NCBI GenBank assembly: GCA_001314905.1 | Contig: LJZT01000001.1 | Span: forward strand, 37,074-101,073 | DNA length: 64,000 nt | Source: Phormidium sp. OSCR | Lineage (GTDB): Bacteria; Cyanobacteriota; Cyanobacteriia; Cyanobacteriales; Geitlerinemataceae | Direction: 5' to 3' | Shown here: positions 50,902 to 61,608 of the stretch, piece after piece | How positions within the stretch are numbered: position 1 is the first letter of the stretch | Layout of the letters: every line of letters starts with the position of its first letter | Notes under the pieces: model-generated | Told to the model about the DNA's origin: nothing | What the model saw: only the letters and a program-made list of their open reading frames with translations | Database searches by the model: none | Program-made: the position numbers and the translations under genes

Positions 50902-53900
50902 ATGATTGAATTCATGAAGAATGGTCTGGCTCAGAGACGACTCTATTTAAAACCGCCTCGATTTAATCTTAAAGGGACAAATATATTCGTCTTTTTAGGA
51001 CTCACATTGGCGGGGTTTTTCGGAAACTATTTTAGTATTCCTCTATTTTTTGGCGTTGATTTTCTATTTGGTAGTATTACCATCTTACTGATTGCCTATT
51101 GTTTTGGAGCCAGATGGGCAACCTTAGCAGCGGTGATCGTTAACCTTTATACGATTATTCTTTGGGGACATCCCTATAGCATGATCCTTTTAGACCTTGA
51201 GGTTCTTTGGGTTGGACTTGGTTTGCGGCGATCGTCTCTAAATCTTGTTCCTTTAACCTGTTTATATTGGCTAGTTGTTGGGGTTCCCCTAGGATTAATT
51301 ATTTATGTTTTTATTCTGCAACTCCCAAACCAGCTTATTGCATTAGTTATTTTAAAACTCATCGTTAATAGTGTTTTAAATGCTTTAATTGCCAGTTTAG
51401 TTATTTTTAATAGCCCTTTCTTGAGTATTTTAGATAAAAAATACCAGCGAAATTATACATTTAGACAAGCGGTATTCAACGGCTTACTCGCCTTTACAAT
51501 TATTCCGGTACTGCTCTTAATCATTGTTGGCAGTCGAGCTCAATTTGAAAACCTAGAAAGTCAAGCTATCCAAGCGGTTTCTACTCTATCCGAAGAGTTT
51601 ACGGAAAACTTAAAAATAACTCGTGAGTATCGCTGGGGAGACTTAAACTTATTTGAGGCTTTGATTGAGGCAAAACGCAGTCCTTATCCAATCAATGTTT
51701 TTCTACTAAATGAGTATTCTGTCGTCAAAAGTTATCCAGAAAATGCGGAGATATTTGACCTTGGTTCGGGACTCATGGAGAACAAGGGCAATGATGTTTA
51801 TCAATGGAAACCCGGTGGTTCGATGGCGGTCATGACTCAATGGCAACAATCTTACTATTATACAATTGTTAATCAACCGGGCTTGCCCTGGCAAATTCTG
51901 ATTTCCTTACCTGCTAAGCCTATTGTGACTCAAGTCCAACAATTCTATATTCGCAATTTGGCGGTTGTACTGGGAATTATGGGGGTTGGTGTTATCTGTG
52001 CGAATACTATCAGTTATCGTATGATTCAACCCCTAACCCAACTCACGGAAGTGAGTAGTAATCTCCCCGAAAAAGTGAGTAGTGAAGAACCCTGGGAATT
52101 ACCGAACACAAACATTTTAGAACTCACATTACTCTCAATGAACTTTGAGGTAATGGCGAATGCGTTGCGGGATAAGTTTAAGGAAATCAAACAGACGAAC
52201 GAACACCTCGAACAACGGGTGAGTGAGCGAACTCAACGGTTAGCTGAAATCAATCACACCTTAGCTGCTGAAGTGCAGGAGCGAAAACGCATTGAAGCCG
52301 AGATTCGTCAGTCTCAACAACGGTTGGCGTTGATGGTGGAACAAACGCCGCTGGCGGTGATGGAATGGAATATGAAGTTTGAGGTGGTGGCTTGGAATCC
52401 CGCCGCTGAACGGATTTTTGGTTATACCGCCGAGGAAGCCATTGGAACCCCCATTGCTGATCGGATTGTTCCGGCGGAGTGGAAAGATCATGTTAGCCAA
52501 GTGATGGCGGAATTGATTCAAGAAAAACAGGGGGTTCGCAGTACTAATGATAATATCCGCAAGGATGGTCAACGTATTGTTTGTCAATGGTACAACACAC
52601 CGCTGATTGATGAGGAGGGGCAATGTATTGGGATCGCGTCGATGATTCAAGATATTACGGAACGTCAGCGAGCGGAGATGGAATTGCGAGAGAGTGAACA
52701 GCGATTTCGGGATGTGTCTGAAGCAGCAGGGGAATATCTTTGGGAGATTGATCTCGATGGCTGTTATACCTATTTGTCGGAGCGAGTTGTGGATGTGAAA
52801 GGCTATGCCGCGACGGACTTGTTGGGGCGATCGCCGTTTGATATGATGTATCGAGGCGATCGCGATCAGGTACAACACATCCTCGAACAGGCCACCACTG
52901 AGCAGTCAACGTTTCAACTCGAACATCGCGACGTGACTCCCGACGGTGAAATTGTCTGGGAAGAGGTGAATGGCGTTCCTCGCCTGGATGAAAGGGGTCA
53001 TTTAATCGGGTTTCGCGGGGCAGCTTTGGGGATTACCGATCGCAAACGCTCAGAACTCGAATTACGTCGCTCGGAGGCTCAGTTACGCCAGAAGGCTCAG
53101 GAACTCGAAACAGCGTTACGGGAGTTGCAACAAACCCAAAGTCAGTTAGTGCAAAGTGAGAAGATGTCCAGTTTAGGCCAGTTGGTGGCTGGGGTAGCTC
53201 ATGAGATTAACAATCCGGTGAACTTCATTTATGGCAATTTAACTCACGCTGAGGAATATGTGGAGGATTTATTGGCGGTGATTGCCAGTTATCAGCAACA
53301 TTATCCCGAACCCGTTGAGCCGGTTCAAGAGGAGTTAGAGGCCTCGGATGTAGAGTTTCTCGTCGAAGACTTCCCCCGGCTGCTCAATTCGATGCGAGAG
53401 GGAGCTAAACGCATTCGGGAAATTGTGGCCTCGTTGCGGAATTTCTCTCGCTTGGATGAGGCGGAGTCGAAACAAGCTAATCTCCATGAGGGGATTGATA
53501 ATTCTCTGATGATTTTACAGAGTCGTTTGAAGGAAAAATCCCATCGCTCGGCCATTGATGTGATTCGCGAGTATGGGGAGATTCCCAGGATTGATTGTTA
53601 TCCGGGCCAGTTGAATCAGGTGTTTATGAACATTTTGGCCAACGCCATTGATGCGTTAGATGAACGCGATCGCGATCGCCGCCCTGAGGAGATACGAGAA
53701 CAGCCGAGTTGTATCTGGATTACGACCCAACAACAAGGCGATCGCGTCCTGATTTCCATTCGCGATAATGGCAATGGGATTCCCGAACAGATACGCGACA
53801 ATATCTTTAATCCCTTTTTTACCACGAAACCCGTGGGGAAAGGCACGGGCTTGGGGTTATCAATTACCTATCAGATTATTGTAGACCGTCATCGTGGCAA

Positions 53901-53976
53901 AATTGACTGTCATTCGAGTTTGGGTGAGGGAACGGAGTTTGCGATCGAGCTTCCCTTAACCCCACCTCCTCAATAG
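50902..53976 (+). CDS. Membrane sensor histidine kinase (multi-TM, HAMP-like, 2 x PAS, HisKA, HATPase)
   Basis: TM-rich N-terminus; [14 protein letters not shown]; H-box [13 protein letters not shown]; [13 protein letters not shown]. Confidence 0.92.
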   Translation: MIEFMKNGLAQRRLYLKPPRFNLKGTNIFVFLGLTLAGFFGNYFSIPLFFGVDFLFGSITILLIAYCFGARWATLAAVIVNLYTIILWGHPYSMILLDLEVLWVGLGLRRSSLNLVPLTCLYWLVVGVPLGLIIYVFILQLPNQLIALVILKLIVNSVLNALIASLVIFNSPFLSILDKKYQRNYTFRQAVFNGLLAFTIIPVLLLIIVGSRAQFENLESQAIQAVSTLSEEFTENLKITREYRWGDLNLFEALIEAKRSPYPINVFLLNEYSVVKSYPENAEIFDLGSGLMENKGNDVYQWKPGGSMAVMTQWQQSYYYTIVNQPGLPWQILISLPAKPIVTQVQQFYIRNLAVVLGIMGVGVICANTISYRMIQPLTQLTEVSSNLPEKVSSEEPWELPNTNILELTLLSMNFEVMANALRDKFKEIKQTNEHLEQRVSERTQRLAEINHTLAAEVQERKRIEAEIRQSQQRLALMVEQTPLAVMEWNMKFEVVAWNPAAERIFGYTAEEAIGTPIADRIVPAEWKDHVSQVMAELIQEKQGVRSTNDNIRKDGQRIVCQWYNTPLIDEEGQCIGIASMIQDITERQRAEMELRESEQRFRDVSEAAGEYLWEIDLDGCYTYLSERVVDVKGYAATDLLGRSPFDMMYRGDRDQVQHILEQATTEQSTFQLEHRDVTPDGEIVWEEVNGVPRLDERGHLIGFRGAALGITDRKRSELELRRSEAQLRQKAQELETALRELQQTQSQLVQSEKMSSLGQLVAGVAHEINNPVNFIYGNLTHAEEYVEDLLAVIASYQQHYPEPVEPVQEELEASDVEFLVEDFPRLLNSMREGAKRIREIVASLRNFSRLDEAESKQANLHEGIDNSLMILQSRLKEKSHRSAIDVIREYGEIPRIDCYPGQLNQVFMNILANAIDALDERDRDRRPEEIREQPSCIWITTQQQGDRVLISIRDNGNGIPEQIRDNIFNPFFTTKPVGKGTGLGLSITYQIIVDRHRGKIDCHSSLGEGTEFAIELPLTPPPQ

Positions 53977-54143
53977 CGGGACTCTTGACGGGAACCACTG
54001 TGTCAGCAAATCCTTACATAAGCCGGCGATCGCCTCGGTTTCGCCCGAGAGTCAGCAAAAAAGCCCGCTGCAACTCCCCCTCAAAGGGACAACTTGCCCC
54101 ATAATAAGACACTGATTGTTTTGTGACGGAGAACGAAAGCTCT

Positions 54144-55349
54144 ATGGGTCGTGCTACCAAAGCCGTACTGGCGTACTCAGGCGGGGTGGATACTTCAGTC
54201 TGCATCCCCTACATGAAGAAAGAATGGGGCGTTGAAGAGGTCATCACCCTCGCCGCTGATTTAGGTCAAGGAGATGAACTCGAACCAATCCGCGAAAAAG
54301 CCCTCACCTCAGGGGCCAGCGAGTCTCTCGTGGCCAACCTACAAGAAGAATTTATCCGCGATTACGCCTTCCCCGCCATCCGAGCCAATGCTCTCTACGA
54401 AAACCGCTATCCCCTGTCTACGGCTCTTGCACGTCCTTTGATTGCCAAGAAATTAGTGGAAGTGGCCGCTGAGTATGGGGCCGATGCGGTGGCTCACGGC
54501 TGTACGGGTAAGGGAAACGACCAAGTTCGCTTTGATGTGGCGATCGCCGGCCTCAACCCCGATATCAAGGTTCTAGCCCCCGCTCGCGAATGGGGGATGA
54601 GTCGCCAAGAAACCATCGCCTACGGAGAAAAATTCGGCATTCCCTCCCCCGTCAAGAAATCGTCGCCCTACAGTATCGATCGCAACCTCCTCGGGCGTAG
54701 TATCGAAGCCGGCCCCCTCGAAGATCCCTGGAATGAACCCATCGAGGAGGAGGTGTTTTTGATGACGGAGGCGATCGCTAACACCCCCAACGACCCCGAA
54801 TACGTCGAAATCGGCTTCGAGGAAGGATTCCCCGTCAGCATCAACGGCCAGGCCCTGGCCCCGGTGAAACTCATTGAAACCCTCAACGCCATCACCGGCC
54901 GACATGGCTTTGGGCGTATCGACATGATCGAGAACCGCCTGGTGGGGATTAAATCCCGCGAAATCTACGAAGCCCCCGCCTTGCTGGCCCTCATTTTGGC
55001 CCACCGGGACCTCGAAAGCCTGACCCTTCCCAAAGATGTCACCCAGTACAAACGGGGAATCGAAGACACCTACAGCCAACTGGTGTATAACGGCCTATGG
55101 TTTAGCCCCCTCAAAGGGGCCTTAGATGCCTTCATCGCCGAGACCCAAAAACGGGTCACAGGGACTGTTCGCATCAAACTATTCAAAGGGAACGCCCACA
55201 TTGTCGGTCGTAAATCCGCCAATACCCTCTACACCGACGAACTCTCCACCTACGGTTCTGACGACAAGTTTGATCACAAAGCCGCTGAAGGGTTTATCTA
55301 TGTTTGGGGACTTCCCAACCGCGTTTGGTCTCAACAATCAGGAGACTAA
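54144..55349 (+). CDS. argG: Argininosuccinate synthase
   Basis: [33 protein letters not shown]. Confidence 0.98.
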   Translation: MGRATKAVLAYSGGVDTSVCIPYMKKEWGVEEVITLAADLGQGDELEPIREKALTSGASESLVANLQEEFIRDYAFPAIRANALYENRYPLSTALARPLIAKKLVEVAAEYGADAVAHGCTGKGNDQVRFDVAIAGLNPDIKVLAPAREWGMSRQETIAYGEKFGIPSPVKKSSPYSIDRNLLGRSIEAGPLEDPWNEPIEEEVFLMTEAIANTPNDPEYVEIGFEEGFPVSINGQALAPVKLIETLNAITGRHGFGRIDMIENRLVGIKSREIYEAPALLALILAHRDLESLTLPKDVTQYKRGIEDTYSQLVYNGLWFSPLKGALDAFIAETQKRVTGTVRIKLFKGNAHIVGRKSANTLYTDELSTYGSDDKFDHKAAEGFIYVWGLPNRVWSQQSGD

Positions 55350-55382
55350 TTGAACCCGTCCTCTAGTCAACCGTAAATGAGT

Positions 55383-55455
55383 CTCTGAGGGAGGTGTTAG
55401 GTTGACCCACCTCAGAGCCTTCAAACCCCTAATTTCTTCAAGGAATCAGGGGTTT
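55383..55455. terminator. Two tandem imperfect hairpins after argG
   Basis: CTCTGAGG...CCTCAGAG and AAACCCCT...AGGGGTTT, the latter followed by Ts. Confidence 0.5.
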
Positions 55456-55615
55456 TTGATTGCGTTTCTACACCCCATTGGCCCGAACGCATTGCTTCGG
55501 GGAACCCGACCCGTTCAAGCCACAACGAACCGATGATTGAATAACAACCGTCCCAGATGGGTAGAAGGACATTACCGCCCTATGTCATAATGGCTAATGT
55601 AACCCTGACTCAACC

Positions 55616-56044
55616 ATGACGGCAAAAGACTACTTTCATGACACGGTCAAAACCGCTTTAATTAAAGATGAGTGGTTAATTACCCATGACCCACTTTTTT
55701 TAGACTTTGATAATAGCAAAATCCAGGTTGACTTAGCAGGTGAAAAACTAATTGCCGCAGAGCGAGGACTTCAAAAAATTGCCGTTGAAGTCAAGAGTTT
55801 TATGAGTCCGTCAATTGTTTATGCTTTTCATTTGGCATTAGGTCAATGTTTAAGTTACCGCCTTGCCTTACGAGACCAAGACCCAGAACGGCAACTCTAT
55901 CTAGCGGTTCCTGATTTTATCTATCGAGACTTCTTTCGTCGTCCCTTTGCCCAATCTGTCCTAAAAGAAGCACAAATTTCATTGTTAGTCTTTGAACCCA
56001 GCCAAGAGGTGATTGTTCAATGGATAGCCGCACCCCAAAATTAG
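55616..56044 (+). CDS. xisH: XisH family protein (PD-(D/E)XK nuclease fold)
   Basis: AKDYFHDTVKTALIKDEW, VDLAGEK, IAVEVKSF, ALGQ. Confidence 0.93.
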   Translation: MTAKDYFHDTVKTALIKDEWLITHDPLFLDFDNSKIQVDLAGEKLIAAERGLQKIAVEVKSFMSPSIVYAFHLALGQCLSYRLALRDQDPERQLYLAVPDFIYRDFFRRPFAQSVLKEAQISLLVFEPSQEVIVQWIAAPQN

Positions 56045-56367
56045 ACCAATATCGCCAAATTGTGGGAGACCTCCTGCAACGCCACAGCCTCGATAAACCC
56101 AGTTATGGTGATATTGAAGTGTACTATTTTGCTGACCCTGTTCATGACCATTATCAAGTCTTTCACGCCGGTTGGAATCGGTCTGACCGGGTGTTTGGGC
56201 CTCTGATTCATATTGATATCCTCAATGATAAAATTTGGATTCAATATGACGGGACTGAGGTAGGAGTTGCCAATGAATTGGTTGACCGGGGAATCCCCAA
56301 AGAGGAGATTGTCATCGCCTATCATCCCCCCAATCTGCGTCCCTATGGGGAGTTTGCGGTGTCGTAA
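56020..56367 (+). CDS. xisI: XisI family protein
   Basis: DHYQVFHAGW, HIDILNDKIWIQYDGTEVGVANELVDRGIPKEEIV. Confidence 0.93.
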   Translation: MDSRTPKLDQYRQIVGDLLQRHSLDKPSYGDIEVYYFADPVHDHYQVFHAGWNRSDRVFGPLIHIDILNDKIWIQYDGTEVGVANELVDRGIPKEEIVIAYHPPNLRPYGEFAVS

Positions 56368-56565
56368 CCGGGTAAGATCCTTCCTTGGATCTGACTGTAA
56401 TACTTAATTCTTAATCATCGCGTATTACTTACTATCAAAAAAGTTAAGAATTACGAAATTAGCGGCGACCCTCCAGATCGCAAGGCTAGGTTGAGTATGT
56501 ATAGTCAGACAAATATCAAGTAACCATTATTTCCAACGATTGAGCAATCAATCGAAGGAGGAACC

Positions 56566-57078
56566 ATGACATCCAACCAATCTTGGACCATGCGGCGTGT
56601 TCTCTCCCTGGGAGCAGCCGTTGGCGTGAGCCTACTCGGGGGACCCGCAGCGGTGAGTCTAGCCCAGAACTACAGTGTCGCTCCCCTCTACGGGACTTTA
56701 AACCTCGATGCAGGATTTACCCCAGATCCCCAGCGAGTCGACGTCCAGGCGGGAGGCTCAACGAACGCCAGAACGTTAAATTTAGGGTCCGGTTGTGTCG
56801 GCTACATCGCCACTTCCCAACCCGATGTACGGGTCAATTATGAGGCCGGACGTTTTGATACTCTCAGCTTCCATGTCACCTCCGACGTTGATACAACCCT
56901 GATTATTAATAGTCCCGACGGACAATGGCATTGCAACGATGACTTCAATGGCATGAATCCTCGGGTCTTGTTCAATCCGCCCGGTTCAGGGCAGTATGAC
57001 ATTTGGGTGGGAACCTATCAAGAGGGACGGACTCACTCAGCACAACTCGAAGTCAGTGAAGTCTGGCGATCGTCCTGA
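56566..57078 (+). CDS. Secreted protein with a PPC-like beta domain; paralog of 33035-33571
   Basis: Signal peptide ending SLA-Q; DTTLIINSPDGQWHCNDD and GQYDIWVG. Confidence 0.7.
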   Translation: MTSNQSWTMRRVLSLGAAVGVSLLGGPAAVSLAQNYSVAPLYGTLNLDAGFTPDPQRVDVQAGGSTNARTLNLGSGCVGYIATSQPDVRVNYEAGRFDTLSFHVTSDVDTTLIINSPDGQWHCNDDFNGMNPRVLFNPPGSGQYDIWVGTYQEGRTHSAQLEVSEVWRSS

Positions 57079-57113
57079 CCCTCGCCCTCACCCTCACCCT
57101 CGCCCTCACCCCC
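57079..57113. repeat. Hexamer repeat CCCTC(A/G) x5 plus a C run
   Basis: Direct reading, immediately after the stop codon at 57078. Confidence 0.88.
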
Positions 57114-57131
57114 ATTTCTCTTTTAAACCTT

Positions 57132-57150
57132 CTTAGTCTTTTCATAACCT
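57132..57150 (+). promoter_or_regulatory. Candidate cyanobacterial Pho box (SphR/PhoB site)
   Basis: CTTAGTCT-N3-CATAACCT, each 7/8 to YTTAAYYW with 11-bp periodicity, upstream of phoX. Confidence 0.4.
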
Positions 57151-57298
57151 AATCTCTGGCCAACCTAATCTACGATCGCAACAGACATGGACCGAAGTGC
57201 CGCGATGGCGATCGCTCGCTCAACTCAGACATCAATGTTCCAAACCACAACATCCCTCAGGGGCTTTTCCCCTAGCCACTGTCCTTGAGTAATAGTCC

Positions 57299-59365
57299 AT
57301 GACTAGCGAAAATTCAGAGATTAGAGGAGACTTCCCAGTGACACCATCCAAACCCCGCCAACGGCCAGCCGACTCAGGCGACGAACCCATCTCGAACCAT
57401 TCCCAAAACCCTCCCTTTAGCCGCCTCCTCAACAGTCGCCTCAAGCGGCGGCGAGTCCTCATTGGTGGACTCTCAGCCGCCGTGGCCGTTGTCTTCAGCC
57501 GCCCCCTGCTGAAATCCCTATTCAGCGATCGCCCCAGCAAACTCGGCTTTAATCCCATTCCCGTCAGCGACGCCGATACCCTCATCGTCCCCGACGGCTA
57601 CCGCGCCCAACCCCTGATTCCCTGGGGCGAACCCATCAGTGGCACCTATCCCGTCTATGACCTGGGCAATAGTGGCGAAGACCAAGGAATGCAAATCGGA
57701 CAACATCATGACGGAATGCACTTCTTCCCCATCGAGGGTCAATCCCCCGATGAGGGAAGTTCCCAAGATGGCCTGTTAGTCGTCAACCATGAATATATCG
57801 AACCTCGGTTTCTGCACTCAGTCGCCGTGGGAATGCCCCTCGGGGCCGGAGATGTTCCCGTCAACGCGGATGGCCGCCGCGACCCTGACCAGGTTCTCAA
57901 AGAAATGAACGCTCATGGTATCAGTATTGTCCGCATCAGCGCCTTAGAAGATGGACGCTGGAGCGTTGTCATCGACCCTCGTAATCGTCGCCTCACAGCT
58001 GTAACCCCCATGGAACTGAGCGGCCCAGTACGGGGTTCAGAGTTCCTCAAAACCCGCTATAGTCCCGATGGAACCCGCACCCGAGGCACGTTGAATAACT
58101 GTTCCAACGGCGTCACTCCCTGGAATACCTATCTCTTTTGCGAGGAAAACTGGGCCGCCTATTTCCGTAACGGAGACCCAGATCCTGCCAGCCATCCCCG
58201 AGAACAAACCCGCTACGGGGTGCGAACCGACCGGTCTCGCTATAGCTGGGAACAGGCCGCCTCAGACGATGACCTGTATCGTCGCTTTGATGTCTCAAGT
58301 CGGGGAGAACGCCCTGAAGAGGATTATCGCAATGAGGCGAATGGCTTTGGTTGGGTGGTGGAGGTGAATCCCTTTGACCCCAATGATGTCCCCAAAAAGC
58401 GCACGGCTTTAGGTCGTTTTGCCCATGAAGGGGTGATTTTCCAACCGACCATCCCTGGTCAGCCGGTGGTTTGCTATGCCGGAGATGATGCGCGGTTTGA
58501 GTATATCTATAAATATGTCTCAACCGACCCCTATGACCCGGCCACGGCTTCGGGGGATTTACTCGATCGCGGCCGTCTTTATGTGGCTCGCTTCAATGAG
58601 GATGGAACGGGGGTTTGGCTGCCTTTGGTGTTTGGCGAAGGGACCCTCACCCCTGAGAATGGCTTTGCCAGTCAAGCGGATGTGTTGGTGAACGCTCGTA
58701 CAGCGGCCGATGTGGTGGGGGCTACGCCGATGGACCGTCCCGAATGGGGGGCCGTTGATCCCAACAGCCGCGAGGTTTATTTTACTCTGACCAATAACAC
58801 AGAGCGTAGCGAGGAACAGGTGGACGCGGCCAATCCGCGATCGCGCAACACTTGGGGTCATATCATCCGTTGGCGTGAATCGGGGAATAATCCCACAGCC
58901 ACCGAGTTTGAGTGGGATCTCTTTGTCCTGGCCGGTTCCCCTCGCAATAGCCGTCAACCCGATGGAACACCGTTACGGGAAGAGAATCTATTTGCGGCCC
59001 CTGATGGACTCTGGTTTGACCGCGATAGTCGTCTTTGGATTCAGACAGATATCAGTGAAGGAGTCCTAAATCGCGGCGAATACGCCCAATTTGGCAATAA
59101 TCAAATGGTCGTGGCGGACCCGGAAACAGGGGAAATTCGCCGCTTTTTAACCGGTCCGATTGGCCAAGAGATTACCGGAGTCACCATAACCCCAGATCAA
59201 CGAACATTGTTTGTCAATGTGCAGCATCCCGGCTCAACAACCACGGCTGATGAGTTTGCGGCGGGCCGGCTCACCTCGGGGTGGCCCCATCTTCGGGGCC
59301 ATCAGTACCCCCGTTCCGCCACTGTGGTGATCACGAAACTCGATGGTGGGGTGATTGGAACCTAG
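57299..59365 (+). CDS. phoX: PhoX family alkaline phosphatase with Tat-like signal
   Basis: KRRRVL signal, HHDGM, VNHEY, NCSNG.TPWNTYLFCEEN, GRFAHE, DRPEW, PDGL, EITG, VNVQHPG. Confidence 0.92.
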   Translation: MTSENSEIRGDFPVTPSKPRQRPADSGDEPISNHSQNPPFSRLLNSRLKRRRVLIGGLSAAVAVVFSRPLLKSLFSDRPSKLGFNPIPVSDADTLIVPDGYRAQPLIPWGEPISGTYPVYDLGNSGEDQGMQIGQHHDGMHFFPIEGQSPDEGSSQDGLLVVNHEYIEPRFLHSVAVGMPLGAGDVPVNADGRRDPDQVLKEMNAHGISIVRISALEDGRWSVVIDPRNRRLTAVTPMELSGPVRGSEFLKTRYSPDGTRTRGTLNNCSNGVTPWNTYLFCEENWAAYFRNGDPDPASHPREQTRYGVRTDRSRYSWEQAASDDDLYRRFDVSSRGERPEEDYRNEANGFGWVVEVNPFDPNDVPKKRTALGRFAHEGVIFQPTIPGQPVVCYAGDDARFEYIYKYVSTDPYDPATASGDLLDRGRLYVARFNEDGTGVWLPLVFGEGTLTPENGFASQADVLVNARTAADVVGATPMDRPEWGAVDPNSREVYFTLTNNTERSEEQVDAANPRSRNTWGHIIRWRESGNNPTATEFEWDLFVLAGSPRNSRQPDGTPLREENLFAAPDGLWFDRDSRLWIQTDISEGVLNRGEYAQFGNNQMVVADPETGEIRRFLTGPIGQEITGVTITPDQRTLFVNVQHPGSTTTADEFAAGRLTSGWPHLRGHQYPRSATVVITKLDGGVIGT

Positions 59366-59373
59366 AGCGGAGG

Positions 59374-60885
59374 CTAGTTCCCGGCAAAACGGGCCACGTC
59401 TTCCCCTTCCGGATCTAAGACCGTTAGGGGGATGCCGGTGTTGAGACTCACCAATTCCAAGCCATCAATCAAGCGGCGGACATGCTGATTAAGTTGCTGT
59501 TTCGCCGCTTCGTTGTTTTGCCGGTTAGCTTGGCGATCGAGTTCCTGGATGCGGGAGACGTACTCGGGGAGCAGTTTGACCTGAAGGCGATCGCGGCTGA
59601 CTTGATACTCACAAATCTTAGGTGCACCATTGCAAAGCCGCTGTAAGTCAGACTGAGCGCGGTTCATGGCTTCAGAGATCTGTTGTTGGGCGATCGCCTG
59701 CACCAGTGCATTCGTGTAGCCTTGGATTAAGGGACGACGCTGGTCACTATAGGCTGTATTCTCTGGGATTTGCTGCATATAGGCGATCGCTTGTTGCCAC
59801 TTGGCGATCGCCGTCTCCCATTGTTGAGCATCCTGAGCCACTCGTGCTTCATCAGCCAACCCCAAGGCTTGCTGATGTAACGTCTGAGCCGCCTGTTCCT
59901 GACGATGGCGTTGTTCAGCACTCATCAGTTGGGGGCCATAACTTTGGAACAACTGCCGCGCATCCCGTTGGGCCGTGGTTTGCGGGGGAACGCGCATCAA
60001 GGCCCCAACCGCATTACGCCAACTCGAATAGGTCTGTTGCCAGGTTTCGAGATCCTGGGCCTGGCCTTCCTGAGTTCGAGCCACCTCGGCCGCAAGCTGG
60101 GCCGCTTCAACCTGTTCTTGACCCCGACGCTCTAGGATAGCTCGTTGCTGAACCGCCGCTAAGTGATCACGGTACTCGCTTAACTTGGCTCGGGCCAGGG
60201 GATAGGCTGGGTTTTCTGGATCAATGGTTTCTAACTCAGCAATAGCTTCGAGCCAGAGACGTTCCATCTCTTGCCATTCTTCAATACTATGGGGCGGATT
60301 TTGGCTCAGTAAGGCCGCCTGGTAGCCCAATCCTAGAGGCGATCGCGCCGCCTGTAACTGTTGCGATCGCCCCTCTAGGCGATCGAGCAGGCGACGGGTA
60401 CGGCGATGATGACGAGACCAGGGGGGGATCCCATTTAGCTGGCTTCTCGCCGCGTCTAGCTGCTGCTGAGCCTCGGTCAAGGCATCCGTTGAGGGAGATT
60501 CCGTTAACTCCTGTAAGCTGTCACTACTCATCTGCTCAACCCGTTGCAACCGTTCACATGACCCCAAAACACAAGGTCGAGTTAAGGCCCAACTGGCCCC
60601 GACGAGAGCCAGCACTCCTGCACTCAGGGTGACCAAGGCTAACGTCAACGACGGGCGATCGAACCCAGACGATGAGGGGGGGGTTGCCCCCATTCCCGTT
60701 GGCCGGGAAGGCACAGGACCTCGGGGAGAAGGAATAGTTCTTTGAGGCGTTGAAGGAGCAGCAGAGCTTTGCATCGTTCTCACTTGACCATGAACAGTTG
60801 ACAGTTGAGCCGGTGTGACCTCATCAGGGTCAACCAATTGGCTGGGTCGATTTCCGCCCTTGATTTGGCGCCGAATTGCGATCAT
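59374..60885 (-). CDS. Hypothetical membrane-anchored helical-repeat protein
   Basis: 503-aa ORF; Pro-rich N-terminus, one TM segment, Cys pairs, W-containing helical repeats. Confidence 0.7.
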   Translation of the reverse strand: MIAIRRQIKGGNRPSQLVDPDEVTPAQLSTVHGQVRTMQSSAAPSTPQRTIPSPRGPVPSRPTGMGATPPSSSGFDRPSLTLALVTLSAGVLALVGASWALTRPCVLGSCERLQRVEQMSSDSLQELTESPSTDALTEAQQQLDAARSQLNGIPPWSRHHRRTRRLLDRLEGRSQQLQAARSPLGLGYQAALLSQNPPHSIEEWQEMERLWLEAIAELETIDPENPAYPLARAKLSEYRDHLAAVQQRAILERRGQEQVEAAQLAAEVARTQEGQAQDLETWQQTYSSWRNAVGALMRVPPQTTAQRDARQLFQSYGPQLMSAEQRHRQEQAAQTLHQQALGLADEARVAQDAQQWETAIAKWQQAIAYMQQIPENTAYSDQRRPLIQGYTNALVQAIAQQQISEAMNRAQSDLQRLCNGAPKICEYQVSRDRLQVKLLPEYVSRIQELDRQANRQNNEAAKQQLNQHVRRLIDGLELVSLNTGIPLTVLDPEGEDVARFAGN

Positions 60886-61158
60886 TGTATTACATCGATT
60901 TCTCGTTTAAGGCAACAGATAACCCGGAAAACCTTTATAGCATCAGCTTTTGAGGGAGTTCATCCACTCCAAAAATGACAAAAAATAAATAACCTTACCA
61001 GATTCTGAAAACCTATGCTAAAGTGTGCCTAGACATCCGTTCAACGGCGGCGTTGTATCGCCGTGGCAACCTGGTGGAGACATCAATTGTCGCGACCGGC
61101 ATCAGCCCATGTTTGTGAACCCTTGTCTTTTCCTTTTCTCGGTTCCTGGAGTTGCTCC

Positions 61159-61458
61159 ATGTCAATTTATATCGGTAATTTGTCCTACGACGCGGTTCAA
61201 GAAGATCTCGAAGAGGTCTTCCGTGAGTATGGCACAGTCAAACGGACTCAAATCCCTGTTGATCGTGAAACAGGTCGCTCCCGTGGTTTTGGGTTTGTCG
61301 AAATGTCTTCGGATGAAGAAGAAGACAAAGCGATCGAAGCTCTAAACGGTGCAGAATGGATGGGTCGCCAACTGCGAGTTAACAAAGCCAAGCCTCGTGA
61401 AAACAATCGTTCACGTCAAGGTTATTCTGGCCGGGGTGGGGGCGGCGGTCGTTACTAA
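61159..61458 (+). CDS. rbp: RRM RNA-binding protein with Gly-rich tail (Rbp family)
   Basis: [10 protein letters not shown] (RNP2), RGFGFVEM (RNP1), GGGGGRY. Confidence 0.95.
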   Translation: MSIYIGNLSYDAVQEDLEEVFREYGTVKRTQIPVDRETGRSRGFGFVEMSSDEEEDKAIEALNGAEWMGRQLRVNKAKPRENNRSRQGYSGRGGGGGRY

Positions 61459-61608
61459 AACGGTTTGCCGTTAGCTGTTGATTGGTAAGTTTTACCCATT
61501 AACTGTTACCAATAACCCCTTTAAGAAAATCTCGAATAATTAACAGATAGCGATTAATTTTTTGCTACTCGGTATGGCGTGGACGTTGTGTCTGCGCTAT
61601 TTTTAGTT

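Noticed and set aside
52261-52878. 205-aa ORF on -
   Set aside because: Antisense to the PAS domains of the histidine kinase
59622-60140. 172-aa ORF on +
   Set aside because: Antisense to the 503-aa gene; no supporting features
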